Assembly (NCBI GenBank): GCA_964016885.1
Contig: OZ024740.1
Span: forward strand, 104,842,001-104,906,000
Direction: 5' to 3'
From: Eledone cirrhosa
Taxonomy: Eukaryota
DNA length: 64,000 nucleotides
Below, piece by piece: positions 22,361 to 33,500 of the stretch (position 1 is its first letter; every line of letters begins with the position of its first letter). Position numbers and translations under genes: made by a program. The notes under the pieces are model-generated. The model did not search any database. It was not told the DNA's origin and saw only the letters and a program-made list of their open reading frames with translations.

Positions 22361-22865
22361 TTCTACTGGATTAACCATTAAGTAAAACAAGAACATGCTT
22401 AGGAGATAAAGAGAAGAGGGGCACTATTTTATTCAAATTAGATGTATTTTTTATCCCCTCCTCAATTTTCTTTTGCAGACATTATTATATAGGTGTGGAG
22501 GTGGTGGCGGTAATGGTGGTGGTGTTTGAGACTGCTGAATCTTTTAAGTTCTTAGGACCTCAAAATAATTTAATCCAACTCTATTGTGTTAAATAGTTTT
22601 CAGAAAGTAAAAATAAACAACTGATGTATAAATAAATAGTTTACATGGTCGGGGTGTGTGTGTGTGTGTGTGTGGGGGGGGGTCATGTGATATCACATGA
22701 TGTCAGATCAGAGGTCATTTGATGTCACATGATGTCAAGTCAGAGGTCATGGTAGATAGGACCACCTGTAGTCACATGTAAGTAAGTAGTGGCCTTGTAC
22801 AAATAATCTGAATGGCCTTTCTCTCTGTGTGTGTGTGTATGTATGTATGTATGAATGTATGTATG

Positions 22866-22945
22866 TATGGTTTAGTGGTCAAGATGTTTAAGGTCATGAG
22901 TTCAATTTTCAGCCATACATTGTATCCTGGAGCAAGACACTTAGA
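22866..22945 (+). mobile_element. Degenerate SINE head remnant
   Basis: TGGTTTAGTGGTCAAG..GAGTTCAATT..GAGCAAGACACTT, matching the family B head. Confidence 0.55.
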
Positions 22946-23198
22946 GATAATAAATATTTATACATAATACGGCATATGAGAAAATTTCAGGTGAAATTTC
23001 ATGTATATATAACTACAGTTTTAAATTATAAAGGCAGCAGTCTTCTGGTAAATAGACAAATATCTGTGAAACCTGTAAAAGCAATCTCATGTTCTTCTGT
23101 GTACAAACAGAATAACACTGTGTGTTTATACATGTTCCTTTCCACAGTGAGCTATACAATTTAAAATTGTTAAATGATAATGCTTATAATTATATATA

Positions 23199-23470
23199 TC
23201 ATCATCATCATCATCGTTTAACGTCTATCTTCCACGCTAGCATGGGTTTAGACGGGAATTGTCCCACTTGAGGCAAGATTGGTCGTCTCACTCATATAGG
23301 ACTGTCTGGCAGGTTTTCTACAGCTGGATACCCTTCCTAACACCAACTACATGTACAGTGTGGACTGGGAAGTTTTTACCGTGTTACCTACACAACCACA
23401 TTACAGCGCGGACTGTGTGTTTTTTGTTGTGACACCTACACGACCTCATTTATTTAGGACTGGATGTTGT
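23199..23470 (-). mobile_element. Family B-related retroposon 3' portion
   Basis: (CAT)n CGTTTAACGTC tail, TTTCTACAGCTGGATACCCTTCCTAACACCAAC, 48-bp units. Confidence 0.75.
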
Positions 23471-23518
23471 GGTACCAACATAACTTAGAAAGGGGTAGTG
23501 TTGGTGGGGGTGGGGGTG

Positions 23519-23570
<52 letters not shown>

Positions 23571-23573
23571 TAC

Positions 23574-23606
<33 letters not shown>

Positions 23607-23607
23607 A

Positions 23608-23828
23608 AGTGGATGTGTAGGCGCCACAGAAAAAAGCACCTAGCACTCACTGTAATTGAGGTTGGTGTTAGGAAGGGTATCCAGCTGTAGAAATCAAGCC
23701 AGAATCAGTTCCCGTATGAGCAAGACAAGGTCAGCCGACCGGACACTGCCCACAACAGGACAACCTGTCTAACCCATGCTAGCGTGGAAGAACGGATGTA
23801 AAATGGTGATGATGATGATGATGATGAT
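23608..23828 (+). mobile_element. Family B SINE 3' portion
   Basis: AAAAAAGCACCTAGCACTCACTGTAA.TGAGGTTGGTGTTAGGAAGGG.ATCCAGCTGTAGAAATCAAGCCAGAATCAGTTCCCG is near-identical to 17690-17775; (GAT)n tail. Confidence 0.8.
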
Positions 23829-24328
23829 ATATGCACATATATATATATATACACACACACACAGACATATATATATATATACACACACACACAGACATAT
23901 ATATATATGTATATATATATACACACACACACATGTGCATAATGCATGTGTTATAGACCATACTCTAGCATCAATCTGATCATTAGACTTGTTAATCAAG
24001 CTAAAAGCAAAATTTCCTATACACATACATATATACATGCATATATATATATATGTGTGTGTATGTGTGTGTGAATGAGTGAGTACATACTGCTGTTTAA
24101 TTCAATGGCCCCAAACTCAACAATTCATAATTTGTCAATGGCAAGGTAATTTGTCCTTGATTAAAAATAGTTAACTTACATATGAGCCTGTTTCCTTGGT
24201 GATGAAGATATTCATGGATTTGATGAAGACAAAGCTCTTTGGAATTTTTTGTGGCTTACCAGAAAGTTCAAGGTTTTAGAAATATCGGAAGAGGGTTTAA
24301 ATGGTGGAGAAAGTTCAGTGACAAATTA

Positions 24329-24511
24329 CCATATATACTGGAATATAAGTCGATCCGAATATAAGCTGATCCCCCCCTAATTTATGTCAGAGAAATAGGC
24401 AAAAATCCAAACCCTGTTTATATGTAACACATTATTTAGATGGCATATAAAGCCAATTCGCCATTGATGTTTTGGTCATATATTCCTTGGCTTATATTCA
24501 AGTATATACAG
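24329..24511. mobile_element. 183-bp MITE, Tc1/mariner-pogo type
   Basis: TA|CCATATATACTGGAATATAAGTCGA ... TTGGCTTATATTCAAGTATATACAG|TA: ~25-bp imperfect TIRs and TA flanks. Confidence 0.75.
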
Positions 24512-24771
24512 TATGTGTCTTTACCTGGCATGTTTTATTACATTCACTAGTTGGTATTTGATACATTCGGCTTTTTGAAGTACACCAGATTATAGGGAAA
24601 CTACCAGAGTGTCAACGTGTCAGGGAAAGGGATGAATTAATGATAAGCTAAATAAGACTTCAACTGGGTAGCTTAATAACAGGGATGGGTTAAAGCTCTT
24701 CAAGGGGTTTGTTTATTGTAATAGGGGTCAAATAATAGAATGGGCTGTTATTGTATTTGTGGTTGTTATAT

Positions 24772-27700
24772 ATGTGATGTGATGTGGTGTGGTGTGGTGT
24801 GGTATGGTGTGGTGTGGGGTTGGTGTGGTATGGTGTGGTGTGGTGTGGTATGGTGTGGTGTGATATGGTGTAGTGTGGTGTGGTATGGTGTGGTATGGTA
24901 TGGTGTTGTGTGATATGGTGTAGTGTGGTGTGGTGTAGTGTGGTGTGGTGTGGTATGATGTAGTGAGGTGTGCTGTGGTATGATGTGGTGTGATATGGTG
25001 TAGTGTGGTGTGGTATGGTGTGGTATGGTGTGGTGTAGTGTGATATGGTATAGTGTGGTGTGGTGTAGTGTGGTGTGGTGTGGTGTGGTGTGGTATGGTG
25101 TGGTGTGGGGTTGGTGTGGTGTAGTGTGGTGTGGTATGGTGTGGTATGGTATAGTATGCTGTGGTATGGTGTGGTGTGGTATGGTGTGGTGGGGTGTGGT
25201 ATGGTGTGGTGTGGTGTAGTGTGGTATGGTGTGGTATGGTGTGGTGTGGTGTGGTATGGTGTGGTGTGGGGTTGGTGTGGTGTGGTGTGGTATGGTGTGG
25301 TGTGGTGTGGTATGGTGTGGTATGGTATGGTGTTGTGTGATATGGTGTAGTGTGGTGTGGTGTAGTGTGGTGTGGTGTGGTGTGGTATGATGTAGTGAGG
25401 TGTGCTGTGGTATGATGTGGTGTGATATGGTGTAGTGTGGTGTGGTATGGTGTGGTATGGTGTGGTGTAGTGTGATATGGTATAGTGTGGTGTGGTGTAG
25501 TGTGGTGTGGTGTGGTATGGTGTGGTGTGGGGTTGGTGTGGTGTAGTGTGGTGTGGTATGTTGTGGTATGGTATAGTATGCTGTGGTATGGTGTGGTGTG
25601 GTATGGTGTGGTGGGGTGTGGTATGGTGTGGTGTGGTGTAGTGTGGTATGGTGTGGTATGGTGTGGTGTGGTGTAGTGTGGTGTGGTGTGGTATGGTGTA
25701 GTGTGGTGTGGTGTGGTATGGTGTGGTTGGTGTGGTGTGGTGTAGTGTGGTGTGGTGTGGTGTGGTGTGGTGTGGTGTGGTATGGTGTATTGTGGTGTGG
25801 TGTAGTGTGGTATGGTGTGGTGTGGTGTAGTGTGGTGTGATATGGTGTAATGATATGGTGTATAGTGTGGTATGGTCTGATATGGTGTAGTGTGGTGTGG
25901 TGTGGTATGGTGTAGTGTGGTGAGGTGCAGTGTGGTGTGGTATGGTGTGGCGTGGGGTTGGTGCGCTGTGGTGTGGTATGGTGTGATGGGATGTGGTATG
26001 GTGTGGTGTGGTGTGGTGTGGTGTGGTATGGTGTGGTGTAGTGTGGTGTGGTGTAGTGTGGTGTGGTGTAGTGTGCTATGGTATGGTGTGGTTGGTGTGG
26101 TATGGTGTATTGTGGTGTGGTGTGATATGGTGTAGTGTGGTGTGGTGTCATATGGTGTGGTGTGGTGTGGTGTAGTGTAGTGTGGTGTGGTGTGGTGTGG
26201 TGTGGTATGGTGTAGTGTGGTGTGGTGTCATATGGTGTTGTGTGGTGTAGTGTGGTGTGGTATGGTGTAGTGTGGTGTGGTGTGGTATGGTGTGGTGTGG
26301 CGTGGTGTAGTGTGGTGTGGTGTAGTGTGGTGTGGTATGGTGTGGTGTGGTATGGTGTGGTGTGGTGTAGTGTGGTGGGGTGTAGTGTAGTGTGGTGTAG
26401 TTTGGTGTGGTGTGGTGTGGTGTGGTATGGTGTAGTGTGGTGTGGTGTGGTGTGGTGTAGTTTGGTGTGGTGTGGTGTGGTGTGGTGTGGTGTGGTATGG
26501 TGTGGTGTGGTGTAGTGTGGTGTGGTGTGGTATGGTGTGGTGTGGTGTGTTATTAGTGTGGTGTGGTATGGTGTTGTATGGTGTAGTGTGGTGTGATGTG
26601 GTGTGGTGTGGTGTGGTGTGGTGTAGTGTGGTCTGGTGTGGAGTGTTGTGGTGTGGTATGGTGTTGTATGGTGTAGTGTGGTGTGGTTTGGTGAGGTGTG
26701 GTATGGTGTAGTATGGTGTAGTGTGGTGCGGTGTGGTATGGTGTGGTGTGGTGTAGTGTGGTGTGGTATGGTGTGGTTGGTGTGGTGTGGTGTGGTGTAG
26801 TGTGGTTTGGTATGGTGTGGTGTGGTGTGGTGTGGTATGGTGTAGTGTGGTGTGGTTTGGTGTGGTATGGTGTGGTGTGGTGTGGTATGGTGTGGTATGG
26901 TGTTGTATGGTGTAGTGTGGTGTGGTTTGGTGAGGTGTGGTATGGTGTAGTATGGTGTAGTGTGGTGCGGTGTGGTATGGTGTGGTGTGGTGTAGTGTGG
27001 TGTGGTATGGTGTGGTTGGTGTGGTGTGGTGTGGTGTAGTGTGGTTTGGTGTGGTATGGTGTGGTGTGGTGTGGTGTGATGTGGTGTGGTGTGGTATGGT
27101 GTGATGTGGTGTGGTGTGGTGTGGTGTGGTGTAGTGTGGTGTGGTGTGGTGTGGTGTTGTGTGGTGTTGTATGGTGTAGTGTGGTGTGGTATGGTGTTGT
27201 ATGGTGTAGTATGGTGTGGTGTGGTGTGGTGTGGTGTAGTGTGGTGTGGTGTGGTGTGGTGTGGTGTGGTGTAATGTGGTGTGGTGTGGAGTGTTGTGGT
27301 GTGGTATGGTGTGGTATGGTGTAGTGTGGTGTGGTGTGGTGTGGTGTGATGTGGTGTGGTGTGGTATGGTGTGATGTGGTGTGGTGTGGTGTGGTGTGGT
27401 GTAGTGTGGTGTGGTGTGGTGTTGTGTGGTGTAGTGTGGTGTAGTGTGGAGTGCTGTGGTGTGGTATGTTGTGGTGTGGTGTGGTTTGGTGTAGTGTGGT
27501 GTGGTGTGAAGTGATGTGGTATGGTGTGTGTGGTGTGGTGTGGTGTGGAGTGCTGTGGTGTGGTATGGTGTGGTGTGGTGAGGTGTAGTGTGGTGTAGTG
27601 TGGTGTGGTGTGGTGTGGTGTGGTATGGTGTGGTGTGGTATGGTATGGTGATATGGTGTGGTGTAGAGTGATATGGTGTGGTGTGGTGTGGTGCGGTGTG

Positions 27701-28288
27701 ATATGGTAGTGTGATGTTTTGTGGTGTAATGTGGTGTGGTGTGGTATGGTATAGTGTGGTGTGGTGTGGTGTGGTATGGTGTGGCGTGGTGCGGTGTGAT
27801 ATGGTGTAGTGTGGTGTGGTGTGGTGTAATGTGGTGTGGTGTGGTATAGTATGGTGTGGTGTGGTGTGGTGTGGTGTGGTATGGTGTGGCGTGGTGTGGT
27901 GTGATATGGTGTAGTGTGGTGTTTTGTGGTGTAATGTGGTGTGGTGTGGTATGGTATAGTGTGGTGTGGTGTGGTGTGGTATGGTGTGGTGTGGCGTGGT
28001 GTGATATGGTGTAGTGTGATGTTTTGTGGTGTAATGTGGTGTGGTATGGTATAGTGTGGTGTGGTGTAGTGTGGTATGGTGTGGTGTGGTGTGGTGTGAT
28101 ATGGTGTAGTGTGATGTTTTGTGGTGTAATGTGGTGTGGTGTGGTATTGTATAGTGTGGTGTGGTGTAGTGTGGTATGGTGTGGTGTGGTGTGGTGTGAT
28201 ATGGTGTAGTGTGATGTTTTGTGGTGTAATGTGGTGTGGTGTGGTATGGTATAGTGTGGTGTGGTGTGGTGTGGTATGGTGCAGTGTA
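24772..28288. repeat. ~3.5-kb pentanucleotide array (TGTGG)n with TATGG/TGTAG variants
   Basis: Directly visible; the strands are strongly asymmetric (G/T on plus). Confidence 0.98.
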
Positions 28289-28362
28289 ATAGGATGGGTG
28301 TGCATTTCTTTCATCTGTAAAGAGGAAAAAAGGAAAGAAAGGAGAAAAAGGAGGAGGATAAT

Positions 28363-28519
28363 TATAATTGTTTCTACTTTTGGCACAAGGCCAGCAGATA
28401 TTCAGTGCATTACTGGTACTTTATTTTATCGACCCCGTAAGGATGAAAGGCAAAGTTAACCTCAGCGGGATTTGAACTCAGAATGGCAAGGGCCGTAACT
28501 CTATGCGTCAAAGCATGGC
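28363..28519 (-). mobile_element. 5'-truncated family A SINE
   Basis: Reverse complement of the family A body; 9-bp direct repeat GAGGATAAT at 28354-28362 and 28520-28528. Confidence 0.87.
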
Positions 28520-28522
28520 GAG

Positions 28523-28570
28523 GATAATAATAATGAAATTATTGTGTACAGTGCTCAGGTGCACTACAAG
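28523..28570 (-). mobile_element. ~45-bp extreme 3' tail of the same CR1-like LINE as 5402-6481
   Basis: Minus strand GTGCACCTGAGCACTGTACACAATAATTTCATTATTATT versus 6430-6465 GTGCACCTGAGCACTTTACACAATAATTTCATTATT. Confidence 0.85.
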
Positions 28571-28604
28571 AAGAAGAAGAAGAATATTTTCTGTAGTACT
28601 ATAT

Positions 28605-30245
28605 TTACTGCGGTACTGCTGTAACAGTGTATTGTGCATTTTGTGTGTAACTAATGCAGGGTGTGTACTGAGGGTAGGAGAGGGGTCGTCCTGTAGTAGC
28701 AGCATTAATTGAACCTATACCAAATGTAGTGTTCCCAAGAGATGAAGAGCCCGGTATGAAAGCATGGGGTAGAGCAGTGGTTTGTGGGTAAGCTGGCGAG
28801 AAGGTTGATTGTGTTGGCATATAAGGAGCCGAGGAAGATACATTTGATGAAGTTGAAACAGCTGGTGTGGAGAAGTAGAACGGGGCTTGTGGAAAGCTAT
28901 GGGTTGGTAATGTCGCTTGGCCTGGATGAATTCTTGTTAAATATCCAGGAGCATTGGGGTTTGGCATGCGCACACAACAGGCACTACTGGAGGTGCTACT
29001 GGTAGGATTAGTACGAGCTCCTTTGACACTGATGGCAGATCCGGTACTTGTACTAGATGAAGTTGCTGCTGTATTTGCTACTGGTGAAGTTGAGCCCTCC
29101 AAGTTGCAGCCAGAACTATAAACATGTAGTGTGTACATAGATGGATGTGGTTGAGCCATAGGTGAGAATGACATTACCCCATTAGTGTTAGTCATTGGAG
29201 TGTTACTAGTGCTAGCCACAGCAACAGCAGAACCAGGATTGGGAGTAGAATGGAGTGTCAAACCAGACTTGTCTTTTTTCTCAATAAAACCATTGGTTGG
29301 ACAAACATGAGTTTGGTCATAATTGAAGCCTGGTAAAAGACAGGTCATGTCTGGACCAAAGGCATTTCCAGAAGGTATAAACTGGTCAGCTAGATCCATC
29401 TGTTGGCGGAGAATTATAGGCCGTCCTTCACAACGAGCCTTTTCTGCGTTGGTTTCTGCTAGCATCAGCTGAAATCTTGGTGGAATATCTTTGATTGGTT
29501 TAATCAGTTTATGACTGCCATACCAGTAGAACTTACGTCTGTTACGTTTCTCTTGTTCTTTTTGATCAAAGAATGGAGTTTTAGATTCTTCCATGTAATG
29601 TTCTCCAATGTTAACCAACTGTCCATCAAGCAATGGTTTTGACTCACTTCCAATGGAGCTATCATTTGAGTCATGTTTTACAGATAACTTCTCACTGGAA
29701 GTGACGTCATGTTCTTGACAGTTCACACTAACAATTCTTGTAGTTGGAGTGACACTGCTGCATATAACAATGCTGTTTCTTTTGTTATTGTTTGCATTGC
29801 AAGAAGTCATTGATTGTTTCAGCCCGACACTGTCTTCAATCATATCATGTGCAGCTGTCACACATTCTCTGGATGTTGCTGTTGTTGCTGTTGTTGCTGT
29901 CATAGTCGTTGTTACTGCCGATGTTGATGGTGTTGCAGTTGTTGCTGTAGTTGTTTTCACGGCTGTAATTTGCATTTTGACTGTTTCCATAGAGCTTTCA
30001 TTTGACTTTGGCAACAGTGGCGTTGAGTGGAGATTGTTTCTATGGTAACTGTTATATGGTGACTTTGATGTAGAAGCTGCAGAGATAGCTGGTGTCTGGT
30101 ATGGACTGACTCTGGGAAACACAGTGCCAGCATTTACATACTTAACCTCTGTTGTTGTTATGTTTGCTCGGAATATGTTTTTGGGACCAACCCGTACAAT
30201 TCGGGTGGTTTGCCGATTCACTTGTTGCCCAGATGGAACTTTCAT
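28605..30245 (-). CDS. Uncharacterised 546-aa Ser/Thr/Pro-rich, probably largely disordered protein with one compact block (KRNRRKFYWYGSHKLIKPIKDIPPRFQLMLAETNAEKARCEG); CDS contained in one exon
   Basis: 1641-nt stop-free, non-repetitive ORF with no TE motifs; strong acceptor TTCATTTCTTTTCAG|G 22 nt upstream of the ATG. Family not recognised. Confidence 0.75.
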   Translation of the reverse strand: MKVPSGQQVNRQTTRIVRVGPKNIFRANITTTEVKYVNAGTVFPRVSPYQTPAISAASTSKSPYNSYHRNNLHSTPLLPKSNESSMETVKMQITAVKTTTATTATPSTSAVTTTMTATTATTATSRECVTAAHDMIEDSVGLKQSMTSCNANNNKRNSIVICSSVTPTTRIVSVNCQEHDVTSSEKLSVKHDSNDSSIGSESKPLLDGQLVNIGEHYMEESKTPFFDQKEQEKRNRRKFYWYGSHKLIKPIKDIPPRFQLMLAETNAEKARCEGRPIILRQQMDLADQFIPSGNAFGPDMTCLLPGFNYDQTHVCPTNGFIEKKDKSGLTLHSTPNPGSAVAVASTSNTPMTNTNGVMSFSPMAQPHPSMYTLHVYSSGCNLEGSTSPVANTAATSSSTSTGSAISVKGARTNPTSSTSSSACCVRMPNPNAPGYLTRIHPGQATLPTHSFPQAPFYFSTPAVSTSSNVSSSAPYMPTQSTFSPAYPQTTALPHAFIPGSSSLGNTTFGIGSINAATTGRPLSYPQYTPCISYTQNAQYTVTAVPQ

Positions 30246-30267
30246 TCAAATTTCAATCTTAAACATC

Positions 30268-30290
30268 CTGAAAAGAAATGAACAAAATTC
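30268..30290 (-). promoter_or_regulatory. Putative 3' splice acceptor (polypyrimidine tract + CAG); the exon would begin at 30267
   Basis: Minus strand GAATTTTGTTCATTTCTTTTCAG|GATG, at the transition from AT-rich intron-like sequence to the ORF. Confidence 0.65.
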
Positions 30291-30516
30291 TGTTATCAGA
30301 AATGACAAAATATTTAGTTTACTGATAGATTCTTGATTCTCTACAGCTCAGTCCATCTAGATGTAAGAATGACAGATGTAACAATTCATATTTGTAAGAA
30401 GTAAGACGGAATAGTGCTGCATTAGTGAATAGTGATTAGTGATTATAGAAGCATTAACAATGAGACCCTGTTTTTAATTTTATCACTGAGGGTCTAGAGG
30501 GAATGATATGGCTCAC

Positions 30517-33500
30517 CTAGTAGACTGAAACAGGGGCGACACACACTTCTAGACTTGAACTGGGGACAGAGACACTTCTAGATTTCAACTGGGGGAGAGA
30601 CACACTTCTAGACTTGAACTGGGGAGTAGACACTTCTAGACTTGAACTGGGGGAGAAACACACTTCTAGACTTGAACTGGGGTGTAAGACTCTTCTAGAC
30701 CTGAACTGAGGGAGAGACACACTTCTAGACTTGAACTGGGGAGTAAGACACTTCTAGACTTGAACGGGGGAGAAATACACTTCTAGACTTGAACTGGGGA
30801 GTAAGACACATCTAGACTTGAACTGGGGGAAAGACACACTTCTAGACTTGAACTGGGGGAGAGAAAAACACTTCTAGACTTGAACTGGGGGAGTAAGACA
30901 CATCTAGATGTGAACTGGGGAGTAAGACACTTCTAGACTTGAACTAGGGGAGAGAGAGACTTCTAGACTTGAAATGGGGAGTAAGACGCTTCTAGACTTG
31001 AACTGGGGGAGAGAAACACTTCTAGATTTGAACTGGGGAGTAAGACACTTCTAGATTTGAAGTGGAGGAGAGACACATTTCTAGACTTGAACTGGGAGAG
31101 AGACACTTCTAGACTTGAACTGGGGGAGAAACACACTTCTAGACTTGAACTGGGGTGTAAGACTCTTCTAGACCTGAACTGAGGGAGAGGCACACTTCTA
31201 GACTTGAACTGGGGAGTAAGACACTTCTAAACTTGAACAGGGGAGAAACACACTTCTAGACTTGAACTGGGGAGTAAGACACACTTCTAGACTTGAACTG
31301 GGGGAAAGACACACTTCTAGACTTGAACTGGGGGAGTAAACACATCTAGATGTGAACTGGGGAGTAAGACACTTCTAGACTTGAACTGGGGGAGAGAGAG
31401 ACTTCTAGACTTGAACTGGGGAGTAAGACGCTTCTAGACTTGAACTGGGGGGGGGGGAGAGACACACTCCTAGATGAACTGGGGAGAGAGACACACTTCT
31501 AGACTTGAACTGGGGAGAGAGACACTTCTAGACTTGAACTGGTGAGTAAGACACTTCTAGACTTGAACTGAGGGAGTGACACACTTCTAGACTTGAACAG
31601 GGGAGAGAGACACACTTCTAGACTTGAACTGGGGAGAGAGACACTCCTAGACTTGAACTGGGGGAGAGAAACACTTCTAGATTTGAACTGGGGAGTAAGA
31701 CACTTCTAGATTTGAACTGGAGGAGAGACACACTTCTAGACTAGAACTGGAAGAGAGACACTTCTAGATTTGAAATAGGGGAGAAACACACTTCTAGACT
31801 TGTCTGGGGAGTAAGACACTTCTAGACAGGTACTGGGGGAGAGACACTTCTAGACTTGAACTTGGGAGTAAGACATTTCTAGACTTGAACTGGGGGAGAG
31901 ACACACTTCTAGACTTGAACTGGGGAATAAGACACTTCTAGACTTGAACTGGGGGAGAGAGAGACTTCTAGACTTGAACTGGGGAGTAAGACGCTTCTAG
32001 ACTTGAACTGGGGGGGGGGGGGAGAGACACACTCCTAGATGAACTGGGGAGAGAGACACACTTCTAGACTTGAACTGGGGAGAGAGACACTTCTAGACTT
32101 GAACTGGTGAGTAAGACACTTCTGGACTTGAACTGAGGGAGTGACACACTTCTAGACTTGAACAGGGGAGAGAGACACACTTCTAGACTTGAACTGGGGA
32201 GAGAGACACTCCTAGACTTGAACTGGGGGAGAGAAACACTTCTAGATTTGAACTGGGGAGTAAGACACTTCTAGATTTGAACTGGAGGAGAGACACACTT
32301 CTAGACTTGAACTGGAAGAGAGACACTTCTAGATTTGAAATAGGGGAGAAACACACTTCTAGACTTGTCTGGGGAGTAAGACACTTCTAGACAGGTACTG
32401 GGGGAGAGACACTTCTAGACTTGAACTTGGGAGTAAGACATTTCTAGACTTGAACTGGGGGAGAGACACACTTCTAGACTTGAACTGGGGAATAAGACAC
32501 TTCTAGACTTGAACTGGGGGAGAGAGACACTTCTAGACTGGAACTGAGTTGAGAGACACACTTGTAGACTTGAACTGGGGACAGAGACACATTTCTAGAT
32601 TTCAACTGGATGAGAGAGACACACTTCTAGATATGAACTGGGGAGAGAGACACACTTCTAGACTCGGACTGGTGTGAAATACACACTTCTAGACTTGAAC
32701 TGAGGGAGAAATACTTCTAGACTTGAACTGGGATTAAGACACTTCCAGACTTGAACACTGGAGAGAGACACACTTGTATACTTGAACTGGGAGAGAGACA
32801 CTTCTAGACTTGAACTTGGGAGTAGACACTTCTAGACAGGTACTGGGGAGAGACACTTCTAGACTTGAACTTGGGAGTAAGACATTTCTAGACTTGAACT
32901 GGGAGAGAGACACACTTCTAGATTTGAACTGGGGAATAAGACACTTCTAGACTTGAACTGGGGGAAAGAGACACTTCTAGACTTGAACTGGGGAGTAAGA
33001 CACTTTAGACTTGTACAGGGGTAGAGACACACTTCTAGACTTGAACAGTCAAGTAAGACACTTCTAGACTTGAACTGGGGAGAGACGCACTTCTAGACTT
33101 GAACTGGGGAGCAAGACATTTCTAGACATGAACTGGGGGAGAGAGACACACTTCTATACTTGAACTGGGGACAGAGACACACTTCTAGACTTGAACTGGG
33201 GAGAGAGACACTTGTAGACTTGAACATGGGAGTAAGACACTTCTAAACTTGAACTGGCGGAGAGACACACTTCTGGACTTGAACTGGGGGAGAGAGAAAC
33301 ACTTCTAGACTTGAACTGGGGGGAGAAAGACACACTTCTATACTTGAACTGGGGAGAAAGACATACTTCTAGATGTGAACTGGGGAGAGATACACTTCTA
33401 GACTTGAACTGGGAGAGAGACACGCTTCTAGACTTGAACTGGGGAGTAAGACACTTCTAGATGTGAACTGGTGGAGAGACACACTTCTAGACTTGAACTG

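Noticed and set aside
24772-28288. Telomeric repeat
   Set aside because: The unit is TGTGG rather than TTAGGG, and the array is interstitial and degenerate.
24766-28386. 1206-aa His/Thr/Pro-rich ORF
   Set aside because: It is the translation of (CCACA)n on a nearly G-free strand that rarely forms stops, and its start lies inside a SINE 3' end. The plus-strand VWCG ORFs are the same artefact.
28784-30336. Plus-strand ORFs 28784-29005, 29749-30048 and 30124-30336
   Set aside because: Short antisense shadows of the long minus-strand ORF with no independent support.
30540-30620. Common origin of satellites 1 and 2 (CACACTTATGGAC versus CACACTTCTAGAC, shared TTCTAG)
   Set aside because: The similarity is limited to ~13 bp and the unit lengths and composition differ, so it is not supportable by eye.
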